Below, piece after piece: positions 48,417 to 61,012 of a DNA stretch of 64,000 nucleotides. A model generated the notes under the pieces. That model ran no database searches. It was not told the DNA's origin and saw nothing but the letters and a program-made list of their open reading frames with translations. The stretch is from Macrostomum hystrix (taxonomy: Eukaryota; Animalia; Platyhelminthes): positions 15,934,001 to 15,998,000 of the forward strand of contig CATNEN010000001.1 of NCBI GenBank assembly GCA_950097015.1, read 5' to 3'. The translations under genes were made by a program, and so were the position numbers. Each line of letters begins with the position of its first letter. The stretch's first letter is position 1.

Positions 48417-50855
48417 ATAAAAAGCTTTCCTCAGAGCTCTTTATTGCTAATTTGCGCAAAAAATCAATATAAATTAGCGCAAGAAATTGAAGTCAGATAT
48501 GCGTGAAAGGAATGTAAGAATCTCTATTTATCAATTTATTAACCTTTGTGTTTATATGCTTCCGCATATTTTATTAAAATTGTATTTCGCGCTGCTGTTT
48601 CGTGAGTCAATCATTTTTACTTATAATTAAGAAAACTTTTTATTGGCTTTGTTAGCATTACTTCTTGATCAGACTCTCGTATCGTATGCTTTGTTGTCTC
48701 CTTTTCCCTTTAAAATATTTCTGCTTAGTTTTTTGTCATAAAGTGTGTACTATTTTTTCCTGTGCTGTCCTGTAAGTCGAAGTCGCAAATTGATAGGTGA
48801 AATGAAAGTCCATTTTTATAGCCGGTACTTATTCCGCTTCTCGCCGCTGTTCTGTCTTTTTGGGTCTTTTTTTAATTTGTGACCTTTTGTGACGTCAGTC
48901 GCTATTCAAAGAAAATAATAAACAGACAGCAAAGCACGGCACCTATATTACTAACTCATGCTTTAAAAATACGATTCTGGAATTGTGTAGTCTGGAATAA
49001 ATTCTTCAGTTTGAAGACTTGCAATGTTCTGTTTCTTCTTTTCCGCCATGCTCTAATATTAAATCTTATTAGCATATTTGTTAGTAAAAGGCCTAATAAT
49101 TAATTCTCAGTAAAAACTCTGAATCTCACTTGTCTAACCTATGCATGCGGACAGTGGTCACATAAATTAAGTGCATTTTTCGAGTGCAAACGACTAAGCC
49201 GAGTCAGTTTTGTTGTGCGGTGAGGCTGTCTGCTGATAAATCTCGTGACACAAGCTGGGCTGAAGCCCTCAAGGATTGAACTGTACGCTTCTGTCACTCC
49301 CTCTCCCTTCTCAGACAATGTACATTCTTAATTTTGTTTCCCGTGCGTCTGTACGGAGTGGGGTTTGCTAGAGAAGGACAGGCCTGACGCGCAAGCGACT
49401 TAAAATGAGATGCTTTAAAATCGATGTGCGCGCAGCTCTCGGGCCTAGGGGTGGCGGGTGTGGGGTAAGGAAATAATGACAGGGTGCGGCTTCGCCTTGC
49501 GAGTCCAAAACCCCACCCGCACCCCAAACTTCATTTTGGGGCCTATATGCCATTTGCCTCGCCAGATAAAGTGTCAGCCTGCGCTCGGCTGAAATGAAAC
49601 CCTGACGTGGAAAGTAAAGGATAGAGGAGAGGAAAGAGATGTACATTCCTTGGCGAACGTGACATCAGGCCCCGGAATGGTCCGTCCTCCGGGAACGTAC
49701 AGACATGAACATGACCTCAGTTTTATCATCGGACCGTTCATCCTCTTCCCCTTTCCCTCCAGCTAGTTGGCTTCTAAGTCCCAGACTTCCTTCTTTTTTC
49801 GTTCCTTCTATGCTTCTTCGTAGCCTTTTCTAAGCAAAGCACACCCAGATCAACAAACGGCTTGCAGAATGCAGATTGGGGAATGGGATAGAGAAATATT
49901 CCTACAGATCAGATCAGAACCAAGCGAGGCGCTGTAATTGTAATTTACCAAGAACTTCCCTTATTCCAAATTCCTATCCCAGCAAGCAGCAACCCAGCAA
50001 TTTCAATGCATGCTTGTATTTAGAAAATCGCTAGCAGCAATAGCTTCATGCGCCCCTTAAGCCTGTAAACTATATACTCTAGCAACTTCTAGATTAGCAC
50101 GGTGGAGAGAGGCACGGAAAGTACTGTCGTGTCTGTTTATACTGTACCGCAGAAAGTCCAGAAACCCACAGAAAACCTCGGCTAATTAAAATGACGAATG
50201 ATATTAAAAAAACTACACTCATAGAATTACTAATGTTTTTCCTTTTTAGTAAATTGTTTGGCGACTACGCCACGCCGACTAGTCTATTTTCAGTAACAAT
50301 GGCAACTGAAGTTACTTTATATATACGAGTAGTTGTCGTTGTAAAGTAATAAATAGTACATTGGTAGATTTCATAGTCTTGTCTTGTGGCACTGGAAATC
50401 CAGATAGAAATATAGATTGAAAAATAGGATATTTTCGCTTCCTGTCCTGTCCTCACTTTGTCAATGAGCTCAACATCGCTGCAGCCTATTGAATGCTAAA
50501 CTAAACTGTCTGGATATTTTCGTCCGCTCCAATAAATCACGATTCAAAAGCATCATTTGTGTGCCAATTTTGTCCAAGCATTCAGCAGCGAAAAAATATT
50601 TTCATATTAAAGTCCCCACATATAGGCACTGAGGCAGAGCTGTGCTGACTGCTGAGCTATTAAACTACGCAATAGCACTCACATACAGTGTGTATATGCT
50701 GGACTCTCCCCCAACACTCTTGCATTGAGACGCTGTTTTTTCCTGTTTTTTAGTTAAATCTGAATTCTAGCTAAGTGGCGCACTTCAATTTGTGTTTTTA
50801 GCTGCATATTTCATTTGAGTGCAAGTCGCGACTGATAAGGCATCTCCAGTCTAAC

Positions 50856-51181
50856 TTTGAGGTGGTGGCTGCCCTGTCTGACTTATAGGGGGTGGGTGCT
50901 CAGCCTGACTTTGAGGTGGTGGGTGCCCTGCCTGACTATGAGGTTGTGGGTGTCCTGCCTGACTTTGAGGTGGTGGGTGCCCTGCCTGACTTTGAGGTGG
51001 TGGGTGCCCTGCCTGACTTTGAGGTGGTGGGTGCCCTGCCTGACTATGAGGTGGTGGGTGCCCTGCCTGACTTTGAGGTGGTGGGTGCCCTGCCTGACTT
51101 TGAGGTGGTGGGTGCCCTGCCTGACTATGAGGTGGTGGGTGCCCTGCCTGACTTTGAGGTGGTGGGTGCCCTGCCTGACTG
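50856..51181. repeat. 27-bp minisatellite (GAGGTGGTGGGTGCCCTGCCTGACTTT)n
   Basis: Visible tandem array. Confidence 0.95.
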
Positions 51182-51501
51182 GGCGTCCTAATTAAAGTCA
51201 ATGAATATATGTAGTATTTGTTTAAATTGTTTAAAATCTGAAAAAGTAGGTAATTTGCATTTAGATCGCTTAGAGAGAACGGCTGCGATTTCGCAGTTAA
51301 ACAAACTAAACTGTGCTTGGTGCAATCATTGAAAGACAATATGTATTTATGCGTCCTTTGTACTTAATAACATAATTAGAGTACAGCTATTTTTTAGTTA
51401 ATGTGAAACACATGTCCCAGTCTGTATAGCATGGGCGAGAGGTAATGAAGAGCTCAAGTGCATGCTGAGCCCTATAGTTTTTATTTCAAGTGCAAACCCT
51501 A

Positions 51502-51879
51502 TAATAATAATAATAATAATAATTGCAGGAGGGCTGCGGGCAATGGCACATCATTTGGTGACACTAGACCCGCAGCCAGCGAGGAGGCAATTCTGCCCAT
51601 TTCGCTGACTCCTGAGCACACACGCACACAGATAGTTTACGCAGGCACACGCTCACACAGGTGTGTACATCTGCCCTGACTTTCTCATTGTCAGGCAGTG
51701 TACACTCTCACTGTGCCTTGGGGGTTGACCCTCTAAGGGCGTAAATTGCACGACAAGCCCCCAAGCGTTCTCTACGCGGCTGCGCCCCAAATAAATGTGG
51801 CCTCGCCGTGGAATATCGAACTTAGGGACTGTGCAGTGCGAGAGGCAAACGCGTTCACCGCTCTGCCACCGACCCCCTG
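51502..51879 (-). mobile_element. tRNA-derived SINE (family B), full length
   Basis: Minus strand GGGGGTCGGTGGCAGAGCGG (A box)...AGTTCGATATTCC (B-box-like), (TTA)7 tail, 14-bp TSD AAGTGCAAACCCTA (51488-51501 and 51880-51893). Confidence 0.85.
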
Positions 51880-52304
51880 AAGTGCAAACCCTAGTCTTTG
51901 TTTCATATTTCTGCAAAGAAAACTCAAAACCTGCTCAGCAAAATAAAATCGTATTTGTAATTCTAAACAAATGGGCAAGAGATGCACTAATTAATAAAAT
52001 ACGAGTATAGTCTCTGCTTTTTTGTGTTAACAGACAATGCCATTTTTAGACATTCTTGCTCAGCCCTCATGCACCCAAGCAGCTCAACATTTTCGGCTAC
52101 CCCGCTAACAACAAGAGACATCTCAAGTACAGAGATGGTTTTTTGCAAATTAAGGTTTGAATAGTTTTCTATACTTGCTAAATACTTTTCTTTCTCAGAG
52201 CAGTTGAGTACTGTGGACTCCTGAGCCTTGTATATTGTAACCACTGCAATCTAACACACATCGAAACAGTCTTTATTTTAATCAGGAGCCGTATAACAGG
52301 TATT

Positions 52305-55053
52305 CAAGCTGTTCTAACAGTTATTGAAGCTGTTCTAACAGGCCTTGAAGCTGTTCTAACAGGTCTTGAAGCTGTTCTAACAGTTATTGAAGCTGTTCTA
52401 ACAGTTATTGAAGCTTTTCTAACAGTTATTGAAGCTGTTCTAACAGGTCTTGAAGCTGTTGTAACAGATCTTGAAGCTGTTCTAACAGTTATTGAAGCTG
52501 TTCTAACAGGTCTTGAAGCTGTTCTAACAGTTATTGAAGCTGTTCTAACAGTTATTGAAGCTGTTCTAACAGGTCTTGAAGCTGTTCTAACAGTTATTGA
52601 AGCTTTTCTAACAGTTATTGAAGCTTTTCTAACAGTTATTGAAGCTGTTCTAACAGGTCTTGAAGCTGTTGTAACAGATCTTGAAGCTGTTCTAACAGTT
52701 ATTGAAGCTTTTCTAACAGTTATTGAAGCTGTTCTAACAGGTCTTGAAGCTGTTGTAACAGATCTTGAAGCTGTTCTAACAGTTATTGAAGCTGTTCTAA
52801 CAGGTCTTGAAGCTGTTCTAACAGGTCTTGAAGCTGTTCTAACAGTTATTGAAGCTGTTCTAACAGGTCTTGAAGCTGTTCTAACAGGTCTTGAAGGTGT
52901 TCTAACAGTTATTGAAGCTGTTCTAACAGGTCTTGAAGCTGTTCTAACAGGTCTTGAAGCTGTTCTAACAGTTATTGAAGCTGTTCTAACAGGTCTTGAA
53001 GCTGTTCTAACAGGTCTTGAAGCTGTTCTAACAGTTATTGAAGCTGTTCTAACAGGTCTTGAAGCTGTTCTAACAGGTCTTGAAGCTGTTCTAACAGTTA
53101 TTGAAGCTGTTCTAACAGGTCTTGAAGCTGTTCTAACAGATCTTGAAGCTGTTCTAACAGTTATTGAAGCTGTTCTAACAGGTCTTGAAGCTGTTCTAAC
53201 AGGTCTTGAAGCTGTTGTAACAGATCTTGAAGCTGTTCTAACAGTTATTGAAGCTGTTCTAACAGGTCTTGAAGCTGTTCTAACAGTTATTGAAGCTGTT
53301 CTAACAGTTATTGAAGCTGTTCTAGCAGTTATTGAAGCTGTTCTAACAGTTATTGAAGCTGTTCTAACAGGTCTTGAAGCTGTTCTAACAGTTATTGAAG
53401 CTTTTCTAACAGTTATTGAAGCTTTTCTAACAGTTATTGAAGCTGTTCTAACAGGTCTTGAAGCTGTTGTAACAGATCTTGAAGCTGTTCTAACAGTTAT
53501 TGAAGCTTTTCTAACAGTTATTGAAGCTGTTCTAACAGGTCTTGAAGCTGTTGTAACAGATCTTGAAGCTGTTCTAACAGTTATTGAAGCTGTTCTAACA
53601 GGTCTTGAAGCTGTTCTAACAGGTCTTGAAGCTGTTCTAACAGTTATTGAAGCTGTTCTAACAGGTCTTGAAGCTGTTCTAACAGGTCTTGAAGGTGTTC
53701 TAACAGTTATTGAAGCTGTTCTAACAGGTCTTGAAGCTGTTCTAACAGGTCTTGAAGCTGTTCTAACAGTTATTGAAGCTGTTCTAACAGGTCTTGAAGC
53801 TGTTCTAACAGGTCTTGAAGCTGTTCTAACAGTTATTGAAGCTGTTCTAACAGGTCTTGAAGCTGTTCTAACAGGTCTTGAAGCTGTTCTAACAGTTATT
53901 GAAGCTGTTCTAACAGGTCTTGAAGCTGTTCTAACAGATCTTGAAGCTGTTCTAACAGTTATTGAAGCTGTTCTAACAGGTCTTGAAGCTGTTCTAACAG
54001 GTCTTGAAGCTGTTGTAACAGATCTTGAAGCTGTTCTAACAGTTATTGAAGCTGTTCTAACAGGTCTTGAAGCTGTTCTAACAGTTATTGAAGCTGTTCT
54101 AACAGTTATTGAAGCTGTTCTAACAGTTATTGAAGCTGTTCTAACAGTTATTGAAGCTGTTCTAACAGTTATTGAAGCTGTTCTAACAGTTATTGAAGCT
54201 GTTCTAACAGGTCTTGAAGCTGTTCTAACAGGCCTTGAAGCTGTTCTAACAGGCCTTGAAGCTGTTCTAACAGGTCTTGAAGCTGTTCTAACAGTTATTG
54301 AAGCTGTTCTAACAGGTCTTGAAGCTGTTCTAACAGGTCTTGAAGCTGTTCTAACAGTTATTGAAGCTGTTCTAACAGTTATTGAAGCTGTTCTAACAGG
54401 TCTTAAAGCTGTTCTAACAGGTCTTGAAGCTGTTGTAACAGATCTTGAAGCTGTTCTAACAGTTATTGAAGCTGTTCTAACAGGTCTTGAAGCTGTTCTA
54501 ACAGGTCTTGAAGCTGTTCTAACAGTTATTGAAGCTGTTCTAACAGTTATTGAAGCTGTTCTAACAGGTCTTGAAGCTGTTCTAACAGGTCTTGAAGCTG
54601 TTCTAACAGGTCTTGAAGCTGTTCTAACAGTTATTGAAGCTGTTCTAACAGTTATTGAAGCTGTTCTAACAGGTCTTGAAGCTGTTCTAACAGGTCTTGA
54701 AGCTGTTCTAACAGTTATTGAAGCTGTTCTAACAGTTATTGAAGCTGTTCTAACAGGTCTTGAAGCTGTTCTAACAGTTATTGAAGCTGTTCTAACAGTT
54801 ATTGAAGCTGTTCTAACAGGTCTTGAAGCTGTTCTAACAGGTCTTGAAGCTGTTCTAACAGATCTTGAAGCTGTTCTAACAGTTATTGAAGCTGTTCTAA
54901 CAGGTCTTGAAGCTGTTCTAACAGGTCTTGAAGCTGTTCTAACAGTTATTGAAGCTGTTCTAACAGATCTTAAAGCTGTTCTAACAGATCTTAAAGCTGT
55001 TCTAACAGATCTTAAAGCTGTTCTAACAGGTCTTGAAGCTGTTCTAACAGGTC
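52305..55053. repeat. 21-bp satellite, about 130 copies, two interspersed variants
   Basis: GAAGCTGTTCTAACAG followed by TTATT or GTCTT. Confidence 0.97.
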
Positions 55054-56240
55054 TTCTCTCATATTTCTCATATTTCAATATTTTAATATTGCCTATTTCA
55101 TATTCTGTTTATGTAACACTACAGATGCAAAGCAAGACAGCATTTTTATGGGATCGAGATTATTCCTCGATTTTCATGTGACCGACTTCAGCCAAATGTT
55201 CCGTTTTCTGCAGCCTAGCAATATTTTTCCCGAATTATAGTTTAGTGAGGTCTGCAGCTTTCGCTACAGCTCATGCATTATTCATACACGCGCTTGTAAG
55301 TACCTGCAATCCTGCATGCAGTGAGTTTCCGAACACGAAACAGAATTTCGCAATTCCTATTCGGAATGTGTTAAGTTTTACACAAGCATTACTGAACCGA
55401 TTTGCGGCTAAGGTCACAAATTACTACCGATCTAATAATGACTTTAACAGTATTAGTAGGAGCGTCAACAATCAAACTGAACTCAAACCGATCCTTCATT
55501 GCTTCGACCATCAGCCCAACCATTAAAGTTAAAATTAACCTTAGGCATGCAAATTTCGAAAATAGCCACAAGCCCTATGGACGCACATCTACAATATGCT
55601 GTGACTCTGATTTTAGTTTATCTGATCTGTTTATCTGTTAAGAAGTTGAATTTCCTAGACGCGGCAGAGCTTTGTTTGCGTTTTACCTATCATGGCCTTG
55701 TCTTGTTGAACAGGTCAGAAATACACCTATAGGCATTCAAGTGTAAACCACGGAGACTGCTTATCGCTACGGTTGCAACCTCTGACCCACGGCCCCACAA
55801 AAACACCTTGCCAGGTTTTAACCTCTTCGCTGCCTAGCTTCATTGTCTGCCTCATATCACCACTGTTAATCCTGCGCGCTCTCTTCTTTCTCTCTCTCTC
55901 CCTCTCTCGTATGACAGGAAATATAGTAGCTAATATACAAGTACAAGGCGAATAATGAGCTCTTAGAATAGGTATGAAGACGCACAAATCTCGTATATTT
56001 TGCAATACCCTTAACGTACTACTCAATATTAGGCTGCATAGCATTTTACAACGGAAAATATCAAAAGTTGGCAAGTCTGTCAGGAATCTGTTTCAAAGAC
56101 AGGAGCTTCATGACTTCAAACTATCGCTTCATTGCGGCGACATCCTCGGAGTCTAAAAGCTGACAAGAGGAATTTGGATCAGTTTCGCGGCCCGACTCAC
56201 TGCCAGTTATGCCACTTGGCTCAGTCGCCTGCTCAGTCTC

Positions 56241-57037
56241 AGGATCAGTGAGATGTGATAAAGTACCTGTGAGATGTGATCAAGGATCAGTGAGATGTGA
56301 TAAAGTACCCATGAGATGTGATCAAGGATCAGTGAGATGTGATAAAGTACCAATGAGATGTGATCAAGGATCAGTGAGATGTCATAAAGTACCAATGAGA
56401 TGTGATCAAGGATCAGTGAGATGTGATAAAGTACCAATGAGATGTGATCAAGGATCAGTGAGATGTGATAAAGTACCAATGAGATGTGATCAAGGATCAT
56501 TGAGATGTGATAAAGTACCAATGAGATGTGATCAAGGATCAGTGAGATGTGATCAAGGATCAGTGAGATGTGATCAAGGATCAGTGAGATGTGATCAAGG
56601 ATCAGTGAGATGTGATCAAGGATCAGTGAGATGTGATCAAGGATCAGTGAGATGTGATAAAGTACCTGTGAGATGTGATCAAGGATCAGTGAGATGTGAT
56701 CAAGGATCAGTGAGATGTGATCAAGGATCAGTGAGATGTGATCAAGGATCAGTGAGATGTGATCAAGGATCAGTGAGATGTGATCAAGGATCAGTGAGAT
56801 GTGATCAAGGATCAGTGAGATGTGATCAAGGATCAGTGAGATGTGATCAAGGATCAGTGAGATGTGATCAAGGATCAGTGAGATGTGATCAAGGATCAGT
56901 GAGATGTGATAAAGTACCTGTGAGATGTGATCAAGGATCAGTGAGATGTGATCAAGGATCAGTGAGATGTGATAAAGTACCTGTGAGATGTGATCAAGGA
57001 TCAGTGAGATGTGATCAGGTACCAGTTAGATGTGATT
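56241..57037. repeat. 21-bp satellite (GAGATGTGATCAAGGATCAGT / GAGATGTGATAAAGTACC..T)
   Basis: Visible array: alternating dimers on the left, mostly monomers on the right. Confidence 0.95.
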
Positions 57038-57670
57038 TTGGGATCAAAAGTCAGAATTCGAGAACATTCTTACAAAAATTAAAAACGAACAAAACATTTT
57101 AAAATCACTTGTTTGTCAGATTTTCAAACCAGATGACAGAGAAATCTAAATCTGAGTTATTTCAGCTGAAGGAAGTACAGATTCTTGTACTGAGTAGCGT
57201 GCAGATTTGAGCACTTTATTATTGCAAAAATATCAGGTAAGTTTAATTACCACAGAGGATGGTATATAGACCATAACATTTAGTGCTGTAATATTGAAAT
57301 TTTAATATAGTTTGATCCTATAAGATGCCATTTTATTAGTTATCAGCATTCTACAAGTAATTTAGTACGAAATATTCAACTGGTGCCTTACAGTATAGCA
57401 TTAGGTCATTTATACAGCGAATTTCAATGAAAAATATATATTCAGATATAAAAGTACTTCCCGACAAGTTTTGCTGTAGCTAAGCAATACGAAACAAAGC
57501 AAAGTGACCATTTCACTCTGGTCATTCAATGAGTGACCATAGAATGACGTTCAGGAACATTGTAGTGCATCTTTTATAAGCTTGAATCATTCACAGAGCG
57601 TTAATAAAAAATAGACAATGGTTAAGTACGAGTAGTCGAACGCAGTCGGCAGTTTATGCTTCTATTAAAT

Positions 57671-59464
57671 CTACAGCTTGCTGGTCACATTGGGTTTGTC
57701 ATCTTGGTTAGCGCTATTCAATAATATCCAACGAAACTTGGCGCACAACGGCAAATGATCGGACGATTGTAGCCGATTCGGTATGCCGCCAATCTGGTTC
57801 ATCTGGCGCGGTGTCAGGAGGTTCAACTGGGCCAGACAGTGCAGCTGTTCGCCACTGACAGTGCCAGCACATTTGCCAGAGTTATAAAATATGGCATCGA
57901 CTGTGCAAGTGTCGTGAGCAGTGTAAGAAGTGATTGTGAACAGGTCACCCGAATTGCGATAGTCGTAGGCTGACCTAAAGCGCATCTGGTGAGTTAGCAC
58001 CGACTGGCTTGGAGGAGGCGAAGGCGGCGAGGAAGAAGCTGGCCGGTTGCTGAACTGGCAGTCCAGCGTCAGGCCGGCCTGTTTCAACAGTCCCGGATTC
58101 AGAGTGATCTGAGATCTTCGCCTCAAGAAGCTGGTGGCGTTCTGCATGGAAATGTCCGACACTAGCAGATCGTCCAGATTAAGGCTGCCCTCTAGAAAAA
58201 GTTTAAACAGAGCCGAATTCGGCTGGGCGTTTAGGTCGCCGCACAGAATGACGGGATCGCCTGGCGGCACAGTGCGGGAAAGAGTGGCCAGAAGTGTGGC
58301 CGATTGCAACAATTTAGCATCGCCGCGATTCGGATTAAACAGCAAGTGAGTGTTGGCCAGTGCCAGTCGGCTAGACGGATCGGATAACAAGCTTAGCACG
58401 GCCACCTGGGCTACATTGTGATAGGCCATGGACTGGGGGCGCTCGCGATAGAACTCGATGGGCGTGTAATCCTCCAAGCGGAACATGTCACGACGCCAGA
58501 ATATGGCGCAGCCGTCCAAAGCTTTCCCAGTTTTGGCTAAGAATCGTCCGCTAAATCCCAGAGAATCAAGTTCGCGTTCGAAATAATTATTATAAGCATC
58601 CGGCTCCATCTCTTGAAGGCAGATCAGATCGGCCCTGAGGCAGCGAATGTCTGATAGTATATTCAGCCGACGAAGTGGCCAATTAAGCCAGCGAGGATTG
58701 CGCACGTGAGTGTACAGGTTGGGATTGAACTCCAGATGGCACTGAGCAAGAATATTATAGGATAGGACTGTAAAGTCTACCTGCCTATTGGAGGCTAAAC
58801 TTGGCGCCGGTTCTGGAAAGTGTTTCCATTGTCTCAGACTAGGCGAGGCCGTATTGCAGGAAGTGGAATATTGGCGACTGCCGCCCGAAGATGTTTGATA
58901 GGGCCGGTGGCGAAAGATACTGCCGCTCCGAGGTCGGGGAGCATCGCGATGCTGCTGCTGATGCTGATACTGATACTGCTGCTGCTGATGCTGATACTGC
59001 TGATATTGTTGATGCTGATAGTGAATAGGATAGTGACCTCGCTGTTGTTGGTGTTGCAAACTGAAGCCAGACGCAGCGATAGACTCGTTAAAATACTGCT
59101 GAGTAGGTATGACGGGATGAAAACTAAAAGCACCAGTCTGATTGGCCAAGCCAATAGTACCGTTGTTATAGCAGTGATATTGGTTGCCATAGTAACCGTG
59201 GTGGCTCTGCTGCTGCTGCTGTTGCTGATGATGATAAACAGAGCGACGGAAAACAGAACCACTAGTATCTTGAGGGCCACATTGATCATGCATGACTGCT
59301 GACTTAGCACCGATTAAGTTGCTGCTATAGACCACAGGCCCTGATGCTGATGCTGTTGCTAATGAGTGCCACCTGTGCAGGCCAACAATGCTGACACTGG
59401 TGCTTAAGGAGCGAAGAAGTGGCTGCAATAAACATGTAGAATATTGACTGTCTGTGGGGCTCAT
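57671..59464 (-). CDS. ANGEL2: Angel-like CCR4/EEP-family phosphatase, main exon
   Basis: VLSYNILAQ, DLICLQE, DGCAIFWR, ANTHLLFNPNRGDAKLLQ (Angel-type), ILCGDLN, TVDAIFY, SSDHLPL. Q/H-rich N-terminal region. ANGEL1 versus ANGEL2 cannot be resolved. Confidence 0.88.
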   Translation of the reverse strand: MSPTDSQYSTCLLQPLLRSLSTSVSIVGLHRWHSLATASASGPVVYSSNLIGAKSAVMHDQCGPQDTSGSVFRRSVYHHQQQQQQQSHHGYYGNQYHCYNNGTIGLANQTGAFSFHPVIPTQQYFNESIAASGFSLQHQQQRGHYPIHYQHQQYQQYQHQQQQYQYQHQQQHRDAPRPRSGSIFRHRPYQTSSGGSRQYSTSCNTASPSLRQWKHFPEPAPSLASNRQVDFTVLSYNILAQCHLEFNPNLYTHVRNPRWLNWPLRRLNILSDIRCLRADLICLQEMEPDAYNNYFERELDSLGFSGRFLAKTGKALDGCAIFWRRDMFRLEDYTPIEFYRERPQSMAYHNVAQVAVLSLLSDPSSRLALANTHLLFNPNRGDAKLLQSATLLATLSRTVPPGDPVILCGDLNAQPNSALFKLFLEGSLNLDDLLVSDISMQNATSFLRRRSQITLNPGLLKQAGLTLDCQFSNRPASSSPPSPPPSQSVLTHQMRFRSAYDYRNSGDLFTITSYTAHDTCTVDAIFYNSGKCAGTVSGEQLHCLAQLNLLTPRQMNQIGGIPNRLQSSDHLPLCAKFRWILLNSANQDDKPNVTSKL

Positions 59465-60126
59465 TGCTCTGTGGGATAACTGCTTAGCTGGGTCATTGCT
59501 CTGTGACGATAATTGCTTAGCTGGGTCATTGCTCTGTGAGGATAATTGCTTAGCTGGGTCATTGCTCTGTGGGGATAATTGCTTAGCTGGGTCATTGCTC
59601 TGTGAGGATAATTGCTTAGCTGGGTCATTGCTCTGTGACGATAATTGCTTAGCTGTGTCATTGCTCTGTGAGGATAATTGCTTAGCTGGGTCATTGCTCT
59701 GTGGGGATAATTGCTTAGCTGGGTCATTGCTCTGTGAGGATAATTGCTTAGCTGGGTCATTGCTCTGTGACGATAATTGCTTAGCTGGGTCATTGCTCTG
59801 TGACGATAATTGCTTAGCTGGGTCATTGCTCTGTGGGGATAATTGCTTAGCTGGGTCATTGCTCTGTGGGGATAATTGCTTAGCTGGGTCATTGCTCTGT
59901 GGGGATAATTGCTTAGCTGGGTCATTGCTCTGTGGGGATAATTGCTTAGCTGGGTCATTGCTCTGTGAGGATAATTGCTTAGCTGGGTCATTGCTCTGTG
60001 GGGATAATTGCTTAGCTGGGTCATTGCTCTGTGGGGATAATTGCTTAGCTGGGTCATTGCTCTGTGGGGATAATTGCTTAGCTGGGTCATTGCTCTGTGG
60101 GGATAATTGCTTAGCTGGGTCATTGC
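59461..60126. repeat. 33-bp minisatellite, about 20 copies, abutting the Angel exon
   Basis: GGGTCATTGCTCTGTG(G/A)GGATAATTGCTTAGCT. Confidence 0.97.
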
Positions 60127-60805
60127 GCTGTGTGGTTCATAGCATAAGAAATTATTTTGTAACAATTAAAAAGTATAAATTTGAAAGAATTAAGTCTAGA
60201 CATTGCTAGGGTGTTGCAGTGTTTGAGCAGACAGAATGCAGAAAAACTGTATTTTCTACAGTACAGAGATAAAATTCTAGCAGATAATCAAGCTGACACA
60301 ATGGCTAACATGCTAAATGAAAATAACAAACAAGTGGACTATAGAAACTATGAAAATAAAATGCTAGCACTATAGATTACTTTATTTCATCTTCAACAGA
60401 CAAGCTTTTTGGAACAAGAGATAATCCAATTCGGGATGTAACAGAGTCGGCATCTGAAATGATAAAAAAAATTAGGAATCTAATTCAATTACTAGCAGCG
60501 TTATTGTGCAAATTTTAAATTATAAACAAAACAATAAACACTTGCAATCAATAACAGTCGGATACTTTTCGTAGCAGTCGCGTTGAAATTCTAAAACGGC
60601 GGAAGGGAAATATAAAAAAGGTAATCATTTTTAACGTTAAATAGTCAAATCTGGGCTATCTTCCCATTTAGGGAGTAGAAGATAGGATTATTGAGAGTAG
60701 AAAGGGTAAGGAGAGAGAGTAGAGGGAGGGCGAGAGGGTAGAGGGAGAGAGTAGAGGGAGAGATGGTTGAGGCAAAAGCTCAAAGGGAGATAAGCAGCAG
60801 CCTAC

Positions 60806-60968
60806 CGGGATTGAGTTTCATGCGGATGGTAGCCACAAGGCTTCCAATGAAGAGCGGAACAGGCAGTGCCAGGACCAGCACTGAAACATTCCACCGGCGA
60901 AGCAGCTGACGGTTGTAGCGAGCCATCTCGCGACTCTTGATCAGAAGCTGCGACTTCGGCTTAGTCAT
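60806..60968 (-). CDS. Candidate upstream coding exon of the Angel gene (or an upstream ORF)
   Basis: ATG at 60968: MTKPKSQLLIKSREMARYNRQLLRRWNVSVLVLALPVPLFIGSLVATIRMKLNP. Phase-1 donor gtaggc at 60805 matches a phase-1 acceptor ccccacag before 59451. Confidence 0.45.
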
Positions 60969-61012
60969 TGCAGATGCGCTGGCTCTGGAAACAGGCACGG
61001 ATACACAGTAAC

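Noticed and set aside
52304-55078. 924-aa ORF (VRTASRP/VRTASIT repeats)
   Set aside because: Translation of a stop-free 21-bp satellite with a non-ATG start. No evidence of coding constraint.
58820-59310. Leu-rich and Ile/Ser-rich ORFs that look like membrane proteins
   Set aside because: Alternative-frame or antisense shadows of the Q/H-rich part of the Angel exon.
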